Shown piece by piece: positions 20,614 through 30,687 of a stretch of 64,000 nucleotides of DNA. The stretch comes from an uncultured delta proteobacterium (GTDB lineage Bacteria; Desulfobacterota; Binatia; UBA9968): NCBI GenBank assembly GCA_963745835.1, contig CAVUZH010000019.1, positions 32,001 to 96,000 of the forward strand, written 5' to 3'. The notes below the pieces were generated by a model, which saw nothing but the letters and a program-made list of their open reading frames with translations, made no database searches and was not told the origin of the DNA. Both the position numbers and the translations under genes were made by a program. The number at the start of each line of letters is the position of its first letter. The first letter of the stretch is position 1.

Positions 20614-22643
20614 TCATCCTCCGGCCCGGGCAATGGAATGATCGCCCGAAATAATGTGTAATCATGGGCGTAGATGCGCGAGTCATCGACACTAACCCGC
20701 TGTTCCGAGTCTTTTACCCAGCCGAAAAAAATCGCGGCGCCGGTGTTCCATCGCGACGCCTCACCGTCGCGCGGAAAAAAAGAAGAATGAAACAAGATGT
20801 CACGGGTTTTATCCTTGAAAGACAAATCACGCAGGCTGAGTGCATCGCCGCGGCTCGATTGATTTGCCTCAGGTGCCTCTCCGGCATTCAACGAAAAAAC
20901 TTTGCTCCATCGCGAACCTCGCGTGATTTCGTTCAGAGCATGACGCGCGCCGGGTAACACCAACCAGCAGTCCACAAGATCTTTGCCGCTTTGGTTATCG
21001 ATTTTCATCACCAGCTTATCGCCTTGAATGTCAAATTCCGCGCGCAATGGAAAGCGGTCGATGAAGCGCATGCGGAAGAGCCTATAATCCCACTCGCGCA
21101 GCGGTAAACGAAAGCGGCTGGAACCGCTGTCATCCTGCAGCAACAGCGCTTCTTGCGTCCGATCTTTCGCCGGGTTCGACACCGGCGCCATATCGAGCCA
21201 ACCACGAGCCAATTGAAGGTTGTACTGGCGGATTTGAGTTGAAAACATGGCCATGTTCAATTGCGCTTCCACGTAGCCGTCGGCAACACTATCAAGCACG
21301 GTGGAAGATAGAAGCACTCCGTCAGGGACATTACCGCCGCGGCTAAACAACGGATACCCCGCCGCCGCGGCAAGGCCGACGACTATCACCAGGCAGATGA
21401 TGATTTTGCGCGCCGGCAAACGACTCTTCTGCCACAGCCAGGCTAACGTACCGAGAGCCGCGAAATAACCGATCACGGCTAGCAACAAGGAACGCGTCGG
21501 CACATAAGTCGAGATAAATGATGGGCTGATGATAATCTGAGAAAAGATCGAATCGTCCCAACGGGTTCGCGGCGACAGCGCATCCTCGGCGACCGGAAGT
21601 ACAAGGTTGCGCAGAAGCTTGGGCAGACCGTCCCATTGAGCCATTGGAGGTCGTCCAAGATCGAGGGCAAAGTAGGTGATCCGGCCCTTGCCCCGGCTCT
21701 TCTCAACCAGAAGCGGAATTCCCGCCGATTCCAGGATAACTTTACCATCCAGCAAGCTTGAAACCTGTGTCCAGACGTCGGCTATCGGGGTTACCGGTTC
21801 ACCTTGGACATTTTGCGGAGCGAAAGAGATCCGTTCGCTGCCGGTGACCCGCACAGGCAGAAAGCGGCTGAGTGATGTCTCCTGATACAGCGCATGGTTG
21901 AGGCTGCCTATGATGACCATCCTACCGCCGGCGGTGAGCCAGCTTTCCAAGGCAAACAGCTGCGAGCGCGAGAGCTCGCGCAAGGATTGGTCATATAGAA
22001 TCAAGTGTGAAACGCCAAGCAGAGCTCGCGGATCCGAAGGTAGTTCGCTCAATGAAACAGCGACCAAGCGATTGGTCATCGCCGATCCCAAAGAGATCGA
22101 GAGGGAACTGGCTTCACTCACCAGCAGCATGACCGGCGACGGCGAGAAGTAGCGCCGCAGATCCAACTCGCGCGACGCGCTTCCGGCGGGGCTGTTAAAA
22201 GAGATCAGCAGCGGGCGGCTGATGAAATCGGGATCGACAGTAAGTTGAATGGTTTTCCGCGAATGGCCGGAAACGAAAAGATCCCTGCGATAATGAAGCG
22301 GATAAGGAACGCCGCTCTTGGCGGCGCCGCCTTTCCAAACCTGAACTTCCAAAAAGCCGTCGGCGGGACGGCCGGAGTTAGTGACTTCGAGTTCCAGCGG
22401 GAACGGACGTCCGAGCTGAAATACGCCGTGAAAGCCGACGCGCGCTTCGATCGATATTTCGGCGTAACTGGAAGAAGAGAAAAGAAAACTCGATAGAAAG
22501 CAGCCTATAAGAGCGGTTAATCGCCAGCGGGCCCGAAATGATTTAGACGGAAGGTTAGGCCGCGCCAAAACCGCCCGCCGCGGCCAACCTACTAGTTGGC
22601 CGCGGCTAAAAGCTTGAGCTGCCGTTCGGGCTGAAAAGGACAT
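20610..22643 (-). CDS. Exported/membrane protein with GATase-like domain (MoxR-VWA operon partner)
   Basis: Signal-like N-terminus, ALESWLTAGGRMVIIG, LLVEKSRGKGRITYFALD, two central TM helices. Confidence 0.7.
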   Translation of the reverse strand: MSFSARTAAQAFSRGQLVGWPRRAVLARPNLPSKSFRARWRLTALIGCFLSSFLFSSSSYAEISIEARVGFHGVFQLGRPFPLELEVTNSGRPADGFLEVQVWKGGAAKSGVPYPLHYRRDLFVSGHSRKTIQLTVDPDFISRPLLISFNSPAGSASRELDLRRYFSPSPVMLLVSEASSLSISLGSAMTNRLVAVSLSELPSDPRALLGVSHLILYDQSLRELSRSQLFALESWLTAGGRMVIIGSLNHALYQETSLSRFLPVRVTGSERISFAPQNVQGEPVTPIADVWTQVSSLLDGKVILESAGIPLLVEKSRGKGRITYFALDLGRPPMAQWDGLPKLLRNLVLPVAEDALSPRTRWDDSIFSQIIISPSFISTYVPTRSLLLAVIGYFAALGTLAWLWQKSRLPARKIIICLVIVVGLAAAAGYPLFSRGGNVPDGVLLSSTVLDSVADGYVEAQLNMAMFSTQIRQYNLQLARGWLDMAPVSNPAKDRTQEALLLQDDSGSSRFRLPLREWDYRLFRMRFIDRFPLRAEFDIQGDKLVMKIDNQSGKDLVDCWLVLPGARHALNEITRGSRWSKVFSLNAGEAPEANQSSRGDALSLRDLSFKDKTRDILFHSSFFPRDGEASRWNTGAAIFFGWVKDSEQRVSVDDSRIYAHDYTLFRAIIPLPGPEDE

Positions 22644-22682
22644 GATCCCTTTCCAGAAAGGCCCGCCCCACTACAGCACAGA

Positions 22683-23171
22683 TCAATCGATGTACTCGAC
22701 GCTTAAAATCTCGAATGAACGCACGCCCGTGGGGGTCTGGACCTGAACCTCGTCCCCCTCGCTCTTGCCGATCAAAGCACGGGCAACGGGAGAACTGATA
22801 GAAATTTTTCCGTTCTTGGGCTCTGCCTCATGATCACCGACGATTTGATATACCACCTTGTCACCGGTGTCGCCATCGGCGAGAGCGACCGTCGCGCCGA
22901 ATACAACCCGATCGCCGGATAGTGTTGAAATATCGATTACCTGAGCGCGCGCCAGGCGGTCCTCGATCTCGCGGATCTGAATATCCAGCAAGGATTGGCG
23001 TTCCTTGGCCGCATGAAACTCGGCGTTTTCAGAAAGATCACCATGACCCCTCGCCTCTTCGATTTCACGAACGTTTTTAGGACGCTCGACACTCTTTAGG
23101 CGCTTTAATTCGTCCATCAAAAATTGATATCCCCGAGTGGTCATCGGGACACGCTCATCCTGTGTTGCCAT
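22683..23171 (-). CDS. greA: Transcription elongation factor GreA
   Basis: ARGHGDLSENAEFHAAKERQ, VVFGATV, KISISSPVARALIGK. Confidence 0.98.
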   Translation of the reverse strand: MATQDERVPMTTRGYQFLMDELKRLKSVERPKNVREIEEARGHGDLSENAEFHAAKERQSLLDIQIREIEDRLARAQVIDISTLSGDRVVFGATVALADGDTGDKVVYQIVGDHEAEPKNGKISISSPVARALIGKSEGDEVQVQTPTGVRSFEILSVEYID

Positions 23172-23186
23172 AGATTAAACTCCTAT

Positions 23187-23222
23187 ACAAAACAAAACCT
23201 CTCGGGAATGGCTCCTGAGAGG
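23187..23222 (-). terminator. Intrinsic terminator directly upstream of the greA RBS
   Basis: Minus strand CCTCTCAGGA-GCCAT-TCCCGAGAGG followed by TTTTGTTTTGT. Confidence 0.7.
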
Positions 23223-23273
23223 CTCTCGCTCGATCGCTCCACCTTCCTACCCGTGAAGCGCCATTTTCTACGG

Positions 23274-23301
23274 ATGCTAGCATCCCCGACGGTTAATTCA
23301 A
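23274..23301 (-). promoter_or_regulatory. Putative greA promoter
   Basis: TTGAAT-N16-TAGCAT with extended -10 TGn. Confidence 0.45.
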
Positions 23302-23363
23302 CTCTCGCGAAGCACCCCTAACGGATCATCGCCATACTTGCGGAGGGTCCGTCGACGGAGGAA

Positions 23364-24341
23364 TCAGGCGCGTTTTACAGGGCCGAAAACATGGCAGGCG
23401 ACGCCATGAAAATCGGTATCGAAATCCAATGGCGGCTCCATCTGATCACAAATTGGCGCGCGGTAGGCGCAACGCGGATGAAAAGCACACCCCGACGGAG
23501 GATTCACCGGACTGGGCACATCACCTTGCAACAGCACCCGTTCCTTTTTTCCATCCATGTCGGGGATCGGCACGGATGACAGCAACGCTCGCGTATACGG
23601 ATGCTTGGCGTCCCGATAAATGGTATCGCTTTGGGCAATTTCCACCACTTTGCCCAAGTACATGATCGCTACCCGGTGGCTGATATGCTCGACCACCCGC
23701 AGGTCATGCGAGATAAACAGGTAGGTCAAATGCATCCTCTCTTGCAGCTCCTGCAACAGATTGATGATCTGCGCCTGAATCGAAACATCCAGTGAAGAGA
23801 CCGGTTCGTCGCAGACAATAAACTTGGGACCGACACCCAGCGCCCGGGCGATGCCGATGCGCTGCCGTTGACCCCCGCTGAACTCATGCGGGTAACGGTC
23901 ATAATGGTCCTCGCGCAAACCGACTTGACGAAGCAGTTCGATGACCCGGTCTCGTTTGGCCTTGCCCCTGGCGATCTTGTGAATTTCCAGCCCCTCGCCG
24001 ACGATATCACCGACCCGCATCCGCGGATTGAGAGACGCATACGGATCCTGAAAAATAATTTGCATCTGCCGCCGCATATCGCGCAGCTCGCGCTGCGACA
24101 TGGCCAATAAGTTTTTGCCTTCGAAGTAAACTTCACCATCGGTTGGTTCAATCAGCCGCAAGATGGCGCGTCCCAAGGTTGACTTGCCGCAACCGGACTC
24201 CCCGACCAGACCCAACGTCTCGCCTTGTTCGACCCTAAGATTGACGCCGTCGACAGCTTTAACCACGTCTTTGTTGCGCGAAAATAGCGCTTGGCCGACT
24301 GGAAAATGTTTTTTGAGATTGCGGATTTCTAACAGACTCAT
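23364..24341 (-). CDS. oppF: Oligopeptide/dipeptide ABC ATP-binding subunit (OppF/DppF)
   Basis: [62 protein letters not shown]. Confidence 0.93.
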   Translation of the reverse strand: MSLLEIRNLKKHFPVGQALFSRNKDVVKAVDGVNLRVEQGETLGLVGESGCGKSTLGRAILRLIEPTDGEVYFEGKNLLAMSQRELRDMRRQMQIIFQDPYASLNPRMRVGDIVGEGLEIHKIARGKAKRDRVIELLRQVGLREDHYDRYPHEFSGGQRQRIGIARALGVGPKFIVCDEPVSSLDVSIQAQIINLLQELQERMHLTYLFISHDLRVVEHISHRVAIMYLGKVVEIAQSDTIYRDAKHPYTRALLSSVPIPDMDGKKERVLLQGDVPSPVNPPSGCAFHPRCAYRAPICDQMEPPLDFDTDFHGVACHVFGPVKRA

Positions 24342-24395
24342 AGTTACTACCAGAATCAGAAGAGGACGGAGAGGAGCCGCCGGGCTTGCCTTTTT

Positions 24396-25423
<1,028 letters not shown>

Positions 25424-25544
25424 TTACTCGGTCTCGCGCAGGCGAATCAAGCAACAAAAAGTGATTTGTCGAAACAACATATCATCTAAACCGCGCACGG
25501 CGAAGAGTGCGGCAGGATTTTGACCCAGCCGGCAAAATAAGCGG

Positions 25545-25572
25545 ATATTACTTGGGCTGGAGCTATTGTCAA
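25545..25572 (-). promoter_or_regulatory. Putative sigma70 promoter for oppD-oppF
   Basis: TTGACA-N16-TAATAT. Confidence 0.5.
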
Positions 25573-25766
25573 GTTAAGGAATGATATCAGCGGGGGCCTA
25601 GGTAAAATCACGCGTTCAGTTTCGCTACGAACCTCTTCTAGCGAAAGTGGTATCACAGATCTTAAGTTCACCCAGAACGCTCGAACCAGGATGATTGGCT
25701 GGCGAACAGCCGCAGATTCTCATTCTCACCTTCTATTTTCCATCAGCCGTACGCCTGCACGCATGT

Positions 25767-26795
25767 CTACTTCGCAGGGTAGGTCTTCGCCAGCTGATCG
25801 ATAAAACCGCTTTCATCTAACCGGCGCAGGATCCGATCGTCGATCATATCTTCTACCTTGACCTTGTCGAGAGCAGGGTTACGGATCTTCATCAACCGCT
25901 GGATGTTGCGCAGTCCCTCGATGACCGGGTAAGGTTTTCGTTCCACACCGTTGATCACGTCCTGGTAGCCATCTTCGGCTACCGATGCGTCCGCCAGTTT
26001 AAGACGCTTGGTAATGGTCGCGAGAACGGCGCTCTTATTTTTCGGCGCGAGACAAAAGGCTATGCTTTCCAAAAGTCCCTTCATGACACCTTCCATGGTC
26101 TCGCGCTGCTCTTGAAGGAAAACGCCGCGAGCCACCAGTCCCTGAGAGGAAAACGGAATGTTGGCCTTTTGCAGCTCGGCTAGGATTGTGAAGCCCTTCT
26201 GCTTCAATCGCCGGCTAAAAACTCCATCCAGCACCGTCACATCGATTTGACCGCCCTCAAGAGCCTGCGTGGCCACCGTTTGATCGCCGATCACGAGGAA
26301 AGTGATATTGTCCCTTTTAGCTTCTAGGCCCAAGTGCTCCAGTCCGAGCATGGCACCGAGCCAGACAGTTCCCGCCAGCGTCTGCACTCCGAAGCGTTTG
26401 CCGCGCAGATCTTTGGGCGTTTTGATGTTCGGGGCCGCGACCATGTCGTAGCCCAGACGATTAGTGAGGGAGCCGATGATCTTTAAATCGGCTCCGCCGG
26501 CTACCGCGGTCAGCACAGTGGTCCCACCCGTGTATGCGGCGTGCACGTCTCCCGCCGTTAGAGCTGCGACGAGGACCGGCGCCTGGCGGATAAAAATTGC
26601 ATTCACGGAAACGCCCTGCTTGGCGAAAAAGCCGAGGTCTTCGGCAACCCAGAGAGGCGCCACCCTAGCGTTCATCGCCGCGTGGCCGATCACGAACTTA
26701 CGAGGCGCTGATGCGGCCTGCAACGGGAAGCATAGGATCGCCAGCAGAAGTTTTGTTCCGACAAAGACAAGCATGATGCGCACTAACTCAGTCAT
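25767..26795 (-). CDS. NitT/TauT ABC substrate-binding protein
   Basis: Signal peptide, APLWVAEDLGFFAKQG, DLRGKRFGV, LDESGFIDQL; paralog of 10569-11576. Confidence 0.88.
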   Translation of the reverse strand: MTELVRIMLVFVGTKLLLAILCFPLQAASAPRKFVIGHAAMNARVAPLWVAEDLGFFAKQGVSVNAIFIRQAPVLVAALTAGDVHAAYTGGTTVLTAVAGGADLKIIGSLTNRLGYDMVAAPNIKTPKDLRGKRFGVQTLAGTVWLGAMLGLEHLGLEAKRDNITFLVIGDQTVATQALEGGQIDVTVLDGVFSRRLKQKGFTILAELQKANIPFSSQGLVARGVFLQEQRETMEGVMKGLLESIAFCLAPKNKSAVLATITKRLKLADASVAEDGYQDVINGVERKPYPVIEGLRNIQRLMKIRNPALDKVKVEDMIDDRILRRLDESGFIDQLAKTYPAK

Positions 26796-26910
26796 GCAAC
26801 GTACCCCTTTATGCTTGGCGCCAAGCAATCAAATTTCTCAGCCGGCCATGGTATCGATTCTCGTCTGCTTACCTTGCAGGCCCGCATCGACGACCGTGCC
26901 TTGCGCTGCT

Positions 26911-27681
26911 CTACTTGACGAACTGCTCCTTGGGAAAGTTCGCGGTGGCGACAACACCGCCATCCACGACTAAGGGATGGCCATAGATGAAATCAGAATC
27001 GTCGCTGACCAGAAACAGCGCAGCCTTGGCTTGATCCTCTGCCGTCCCCAACCGGCCGGCGAGATTCTCGAAAATCCTGCTGCCGGCAACGTCGTCGTCA
27101 TAGCCTACCGGCGAACCTGAACGGTTTGGCACCACGCAATTGACGCGAATCCTGTACGGCGAAAGCTGCACAGCCATGGCGCGGGTCAGGTTGATGACGC
27201 CGCCCTTGGCCGCTGCATAAGCAATGCCGTCGGTGCGACCGAGCATGCCAGAAGTCGAGCCGAAGTTGACGATTTTTCCGCCGCGCCCCTGTTTGGCCAT
27301 TTGCGCAGCAACGTGTTTCGTTACCAGATACGGCCCCTTCAGACTCACCGCAATCACTTTGTCGAACTCCTCTTCGCTGCTAGTGAGAATATCGGCACGA
27401 TCCGTAAGAGCCGCATTATTGATGAGGATGTCGATACCGCCAAAACGCACCACGACTTTTTGAACCATCTGTTGCACGTCACTTGCTTTGGCGACGTCGC
27501 AGAGCACAAGCATGGCTTCGTGGCCGCTGTTCTCGAGCTCCTGGACCACCGCCTTGCCGCGGCCTTCATGCATCTCTATGACCGCAATTTTCGCTCCCTC
27601 GTCAGCGAATAATTTGGCGATAGCCTTGCCGATATTTCGTCCGGCGCCGGTAACCACCGCCACTTGGTTATTCAATTTCAT
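26911..27681 (-). CDS. SDR family oxidoreductase
   Basis: TGAGRNIG, NNA, YAAAK. Confidence 0.95.
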   Translation of the reverse strand: MKLNNQVAVVTGAGRNIGKAIAKLFADEGAKIAVIEMHEGRGKAVVQELENSGHEAMLVLCDVAKASDVQQMVQKVVVRFGGIDILINNAALTDRADILTSSEEEFDKVIAVSLKGPYLVTKHVAAQMAKQGRGGKIVNFGSTSGMLGRTDGIAYAAAKGGVINLTRAMAVQLSPYRIRVNCVVPNRSGSPVGYDDDVAGSRIFENLAGRLGTAEDQAKAALFLVSDDSDFIYGHPLVVDGGVVATANFPKEQFVK

Positions 27682-27746
27682 TTGTTTCTCCTTCTGTCAC
27701 TCGAGCTCTACTGTGACTTAACAATTTTGAACGGCTCGTCTCGTGT

Positions 27747-28295
27747 TCAGATCCTGAACTCTTCCGGCGCGCTTGCCGTTGCGATATCGAACGTATTGAG
27801 CGTGCACGCAAGCATCGCATAGTAACCGACCGTGGCAGTGAGCTCGACCAGGCCGCGCTCCCCGAGTCGAGCATACAACGCCTGAAAGGTAGTTTCGTTG
27901 ACCCGGTGCGCGCGCAACAATTCGCGGACGAAACTGACGATCTGTGCGTCTTCGAAGGTGAAATCGGCGGCATCTTTGTATTGATGAACGGCGCGGATGA
28001 TATCCAGGGAAATACCTGCCTTCTGCGCGTGATTTACATGAGCGGCCCATTCATGCCTGCATTGAAGCTCACGGGCCGATACCAGCGCGGCCAGTTCTAT
28101 GATCTTCGGGTCCAAACTCGATTGGAAACGCACGTAACTGCCCAGATGCGCAGTGCGACCGGCAAGCTCAGGGCTGTGCAGGAGAGCCAGAAACGGTCCG
28201 CCGACTACGCCGCGGCTTTGCGCAATCGCGTCATAAATCGATTGGTGTTCCGGCTGCAAGTCTTCTTTCTTCTCAATGATAGCGATTCGGGCCAT
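27747..28295 (-). CDS. Carboxymuconolactone decarboxylase/AhpD-like protein
   Basis: GPFLALLHSPELA, HEWAAH, LVELTATVGYYAMLA. Confidence 0.88.
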   Translation of the reverse strand: MARIAIIEKKEDLQPEHQSIYDAIAQSRGVVGGPFLALLHSPELAGRTAHLGSYVRFQSSLDPKIIELAALVSARELQCRHEWAAHVNHAQKAGISLDIIRAVHQYKDAADFTFEDAQIVSFVRELLRAHRVNETTFQALYARLGERGLVELTATVGYYAMLACTLNTFDIATASAPEEFRI

Positions 28296-28594
28296 GGCTC
28301 TTTCTCTCCTTTAGCTGGTGCTATGCGAAATTTTGACTCTCCGCCGGCGCGTCTTTCGGACCATCATGCGCGCTGGACGCTTTGCCGCTTGTTTGCGCCC
28401 CCAAGCGGTTCTTAAGCCTTGCCTCTATGCGGTAAATTTCTTCTCTTTAGCCGTGTCACTACGCATTACTATACCGTTCCGCCGCTCCTGTGAAAGGCGA
28501 GCGGATTCGCAAGATCGTCGCAGCGCGCCTGGCGTCGATAACGGAAGTTGAATAAGAATTTGAACTTGGGACCGAATTAGCAGAAACAGCGCGA

Positions 28595-29659
28595 TCAGCG
28601 CAAGCCCCGCAGCCGAGGATCAAGGACCTCGCGCAAGCCTTCGCCGACGAGATAATAGGCGAGCACGGTGATGAAAATGGCAAAACCAGGAAACACCGCG
28701 AGCCACCAAGCAAAAGTCGTGGTACTGGCTTCCTGTAAAATAGAACCCCAGGTGACCAGCTCTGCAGGCACGCCGATGCCGAGGAAGCTCAGACTCGACT
28801 CCACCAAAATCGCACCGGCGATGCCGAGCACGACGGAAACAATGACCGGGGCCAAGGCGTTCGGCAAGATATGCTTGAACATGACTTTTCGATTAGCCAC
28901 TCCAAGCGCGATGGCCGATGTCACGTAATCCTGACTTCTGATTCGGAGAAACTCATTGCGAGTAAAACGCGCGATACCGACCCAACTGGTTGCCCCGATA
29001 ATTGCCATGGTCAGAAAGATGCTCGGCGGCAGCAGCGCTGCCACAGTGATCAGAAGAAAGAATGTCGGGATCGACAGCATGATCTCGAACAATCGCGAGA
29101 TCACCAGGTCCACCCAACCGGCAAAGTAACCGGCGATGGCGCCAAGAACCAGACCGATGATCACCGCAATCCCGACCGCAACAAAGCCGATCGAAAGAGA
29201 GATTCGCGACCCATGGATCATTCCTGCCATGACATCGCGTCCCAGCTTGTCCGTGCCAAGCCAATGCTTTCGCGAAGGCGGCTCGAGCGGCTCGAGTAAA
29301 TTGATGTTGGTCGGCCGATATGGAACGGGCGGAAAAAGCGCTTGAGCGCGGTCAAGTTTTTTGAAATCCACATTTAGCAACTCCGGCGGCCAATGACCGA
29401 GTCCAGCGCCAACCATGTAGCTGCGGAAAATCGGAAAGTAAGTTTTCTCGCCGTAACGCAGGTAATAGGGCTTGTCGTTGGCGAGGAAATCAGCAAACAA
29501 CGCCATGAATGCCAGAACACAAACGACGTAAAATCCCGTGATGGCGATCGGGTTGCTCTTAAAACGTTTCCAAACGTCGCGCCATAGCCCGCCCGACACT
29601 GTGATCTCGGCCATTGTCAGTTCTTCTGCAGCTGCTGGGTTGGTTTGCACCGTGCTCAT
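28595..29659 (-). CDS. oppC: Oligopeptide ABC permease (OppC/DppC)
   Basis: HWLGTDKLGRD, KHILPNA, ESSLSFLGIG, GEGLREVLDPR. Confidence 0.93.
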   Translation of the reverse strand: MSTVQTNPAAAEELTMAEITVSGGLWRDVWKRFKSNPIAITGFYVVCVLAFMALFADFLANDKPYYLRYGEKTYFPIFRSYMVGAGLGHWPPELLNVDFKKLDRAQALFPPVPYRPTNINLLEPLEPPSRKHWLGTDKLGRDVMAGMIHGSRISLSIGFVAVGIAVIIGLVLGAIAGYFAGWVDLVISRLFEIMLSIPTFFLLITVAALLPPSIFLTMAIIGATSWVGIARFTRNEFLRIRSQDYVTSAIALGVANRKVMFKHILPNALAPVIVSVVLGIAGAILVESSLSFLGIGVPAELVTWGSILQEASTTTFAWWLAVFPGFAIFITVLAYYLVGEGLREVLDPRLRGLR

Positions 29660-30687
29660 TGTTGTCGTCGACCAAAGACGATGCGCGGGTCCACTGCTGC
29701 AAGAAGCAGATCGGAGATCAGAATGCCGATCAGCGTAAGAAGCGCGCTCACCGTAAAGAGCGCCAGCACCGTGGGATAGTCTCGCGCCAAGACCGATTCA
29801 AAACCAAGCTGTCCAAGCCCGGGAATCGAAAAAATCGTTTCGATAATGACGCTGCCGCCAATCAGCCCCGGCAGGATGGATGCTAATATGGTTACCTGCG
29901 GGATCAGGGAATTGCGCAACACATGCTTGAAAATGACCCTCTTCTCCGAAAGTCCTTTAGCTCGCGCGACCTGGACATAATCCTGCGCGAGCACTTCCAG
30001 CATGCTCGCCCGCATATAGCGCGACAAGCCGGCAAAGCCATCGTACGAGAGCAGAACAACCGGCAAAAATATGTGCCAGGCGCGATCTTGGAGTTTTCGC
30101 CAGATCGGCCAGTTATCGGAGAAATCAATCGACTCCAAGCCGCCGGGCGGAAACAGATAGTAAAAATCCCCGCCACAAATAAACACAATGGCCATGGTCG
30201 CGGCCCACACCAATGGCACAGCAAACAAAATGAAAGCCGCCAACGTCGTGACCTGGTCGCCCCAGGAATTTGGATGGGTCGCCGAGTAGACGCCCAAAGG
30301 AATGGCGACTAGATAAACCACCACTATCGACCAAAAATTTAATTTAACTGTAACCGGCAGGCGCTCGGCGATCTTCGACCAAACCGACTGATTGTCTTTG
30401 AAGGATTCGCCGAAGCTTAGCGTGGCGATATTTTTAAGCCAGACCAGGTATTGGACGTGAAGCGGTTTATCGAGTCCGTACTGCGCGCGCCACTGCGCAA
30501 TGGCTTCGTCGACCGAGCCACGTTTCTCCACCGATATTCCTCCCCCTGCTGCTGCGCCAAGACCGCCTGCCGCGCGCAGTTCCGCGGGATCTCCGGGCGC
30601 AAGGCGCATGATAAGAAATCCGATGAGGGTAATGCCGATGAATGTAGGTACCATCAGCAACAGGCGCTTTATGAGATAGCCGGTCAT
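29656..30687 (-). CDS. oppB: Oligopeptide ABC permease (OppB/DppB)
   Basis: YLIKRLL, APGDPA, GLDKPLHVQY, ARAKGLSE, IETIFSIPGLG, DPRI; ATG 30687 coupled to the oppA stop. Confidence 0.93.
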   Translation of the reverse strand: MTGYLIKRLLLMVPTFIGITLIGFLIMRLAPGDPAELRAAGGLGAAAGGGISVEKRGSVDEAIAQWRAQYGLDKPLHVQYLVWLKNIATLSFGESFKDNQSVWSKIAERLPVTVKLNFWSIVVVYLVAIPLGVYSATHPNSWGDQVTTLAAFILFAVPLVWAATMAIVFICGGDFYYLFPPGGLESIDFSDNWPIWRKLQDRAWHIFLPVVLLSYDGFAGLSRYMRASMLEVLAQDYVQVARAKGLSEKRVIFKHVLRNSLIPQVTILASILPGLIGGSVIIETIFSIPGLGQLGFESVLARDYPTVLALFTVSALLTLIGILISDLLLAAVDPRIVFGRRQQ

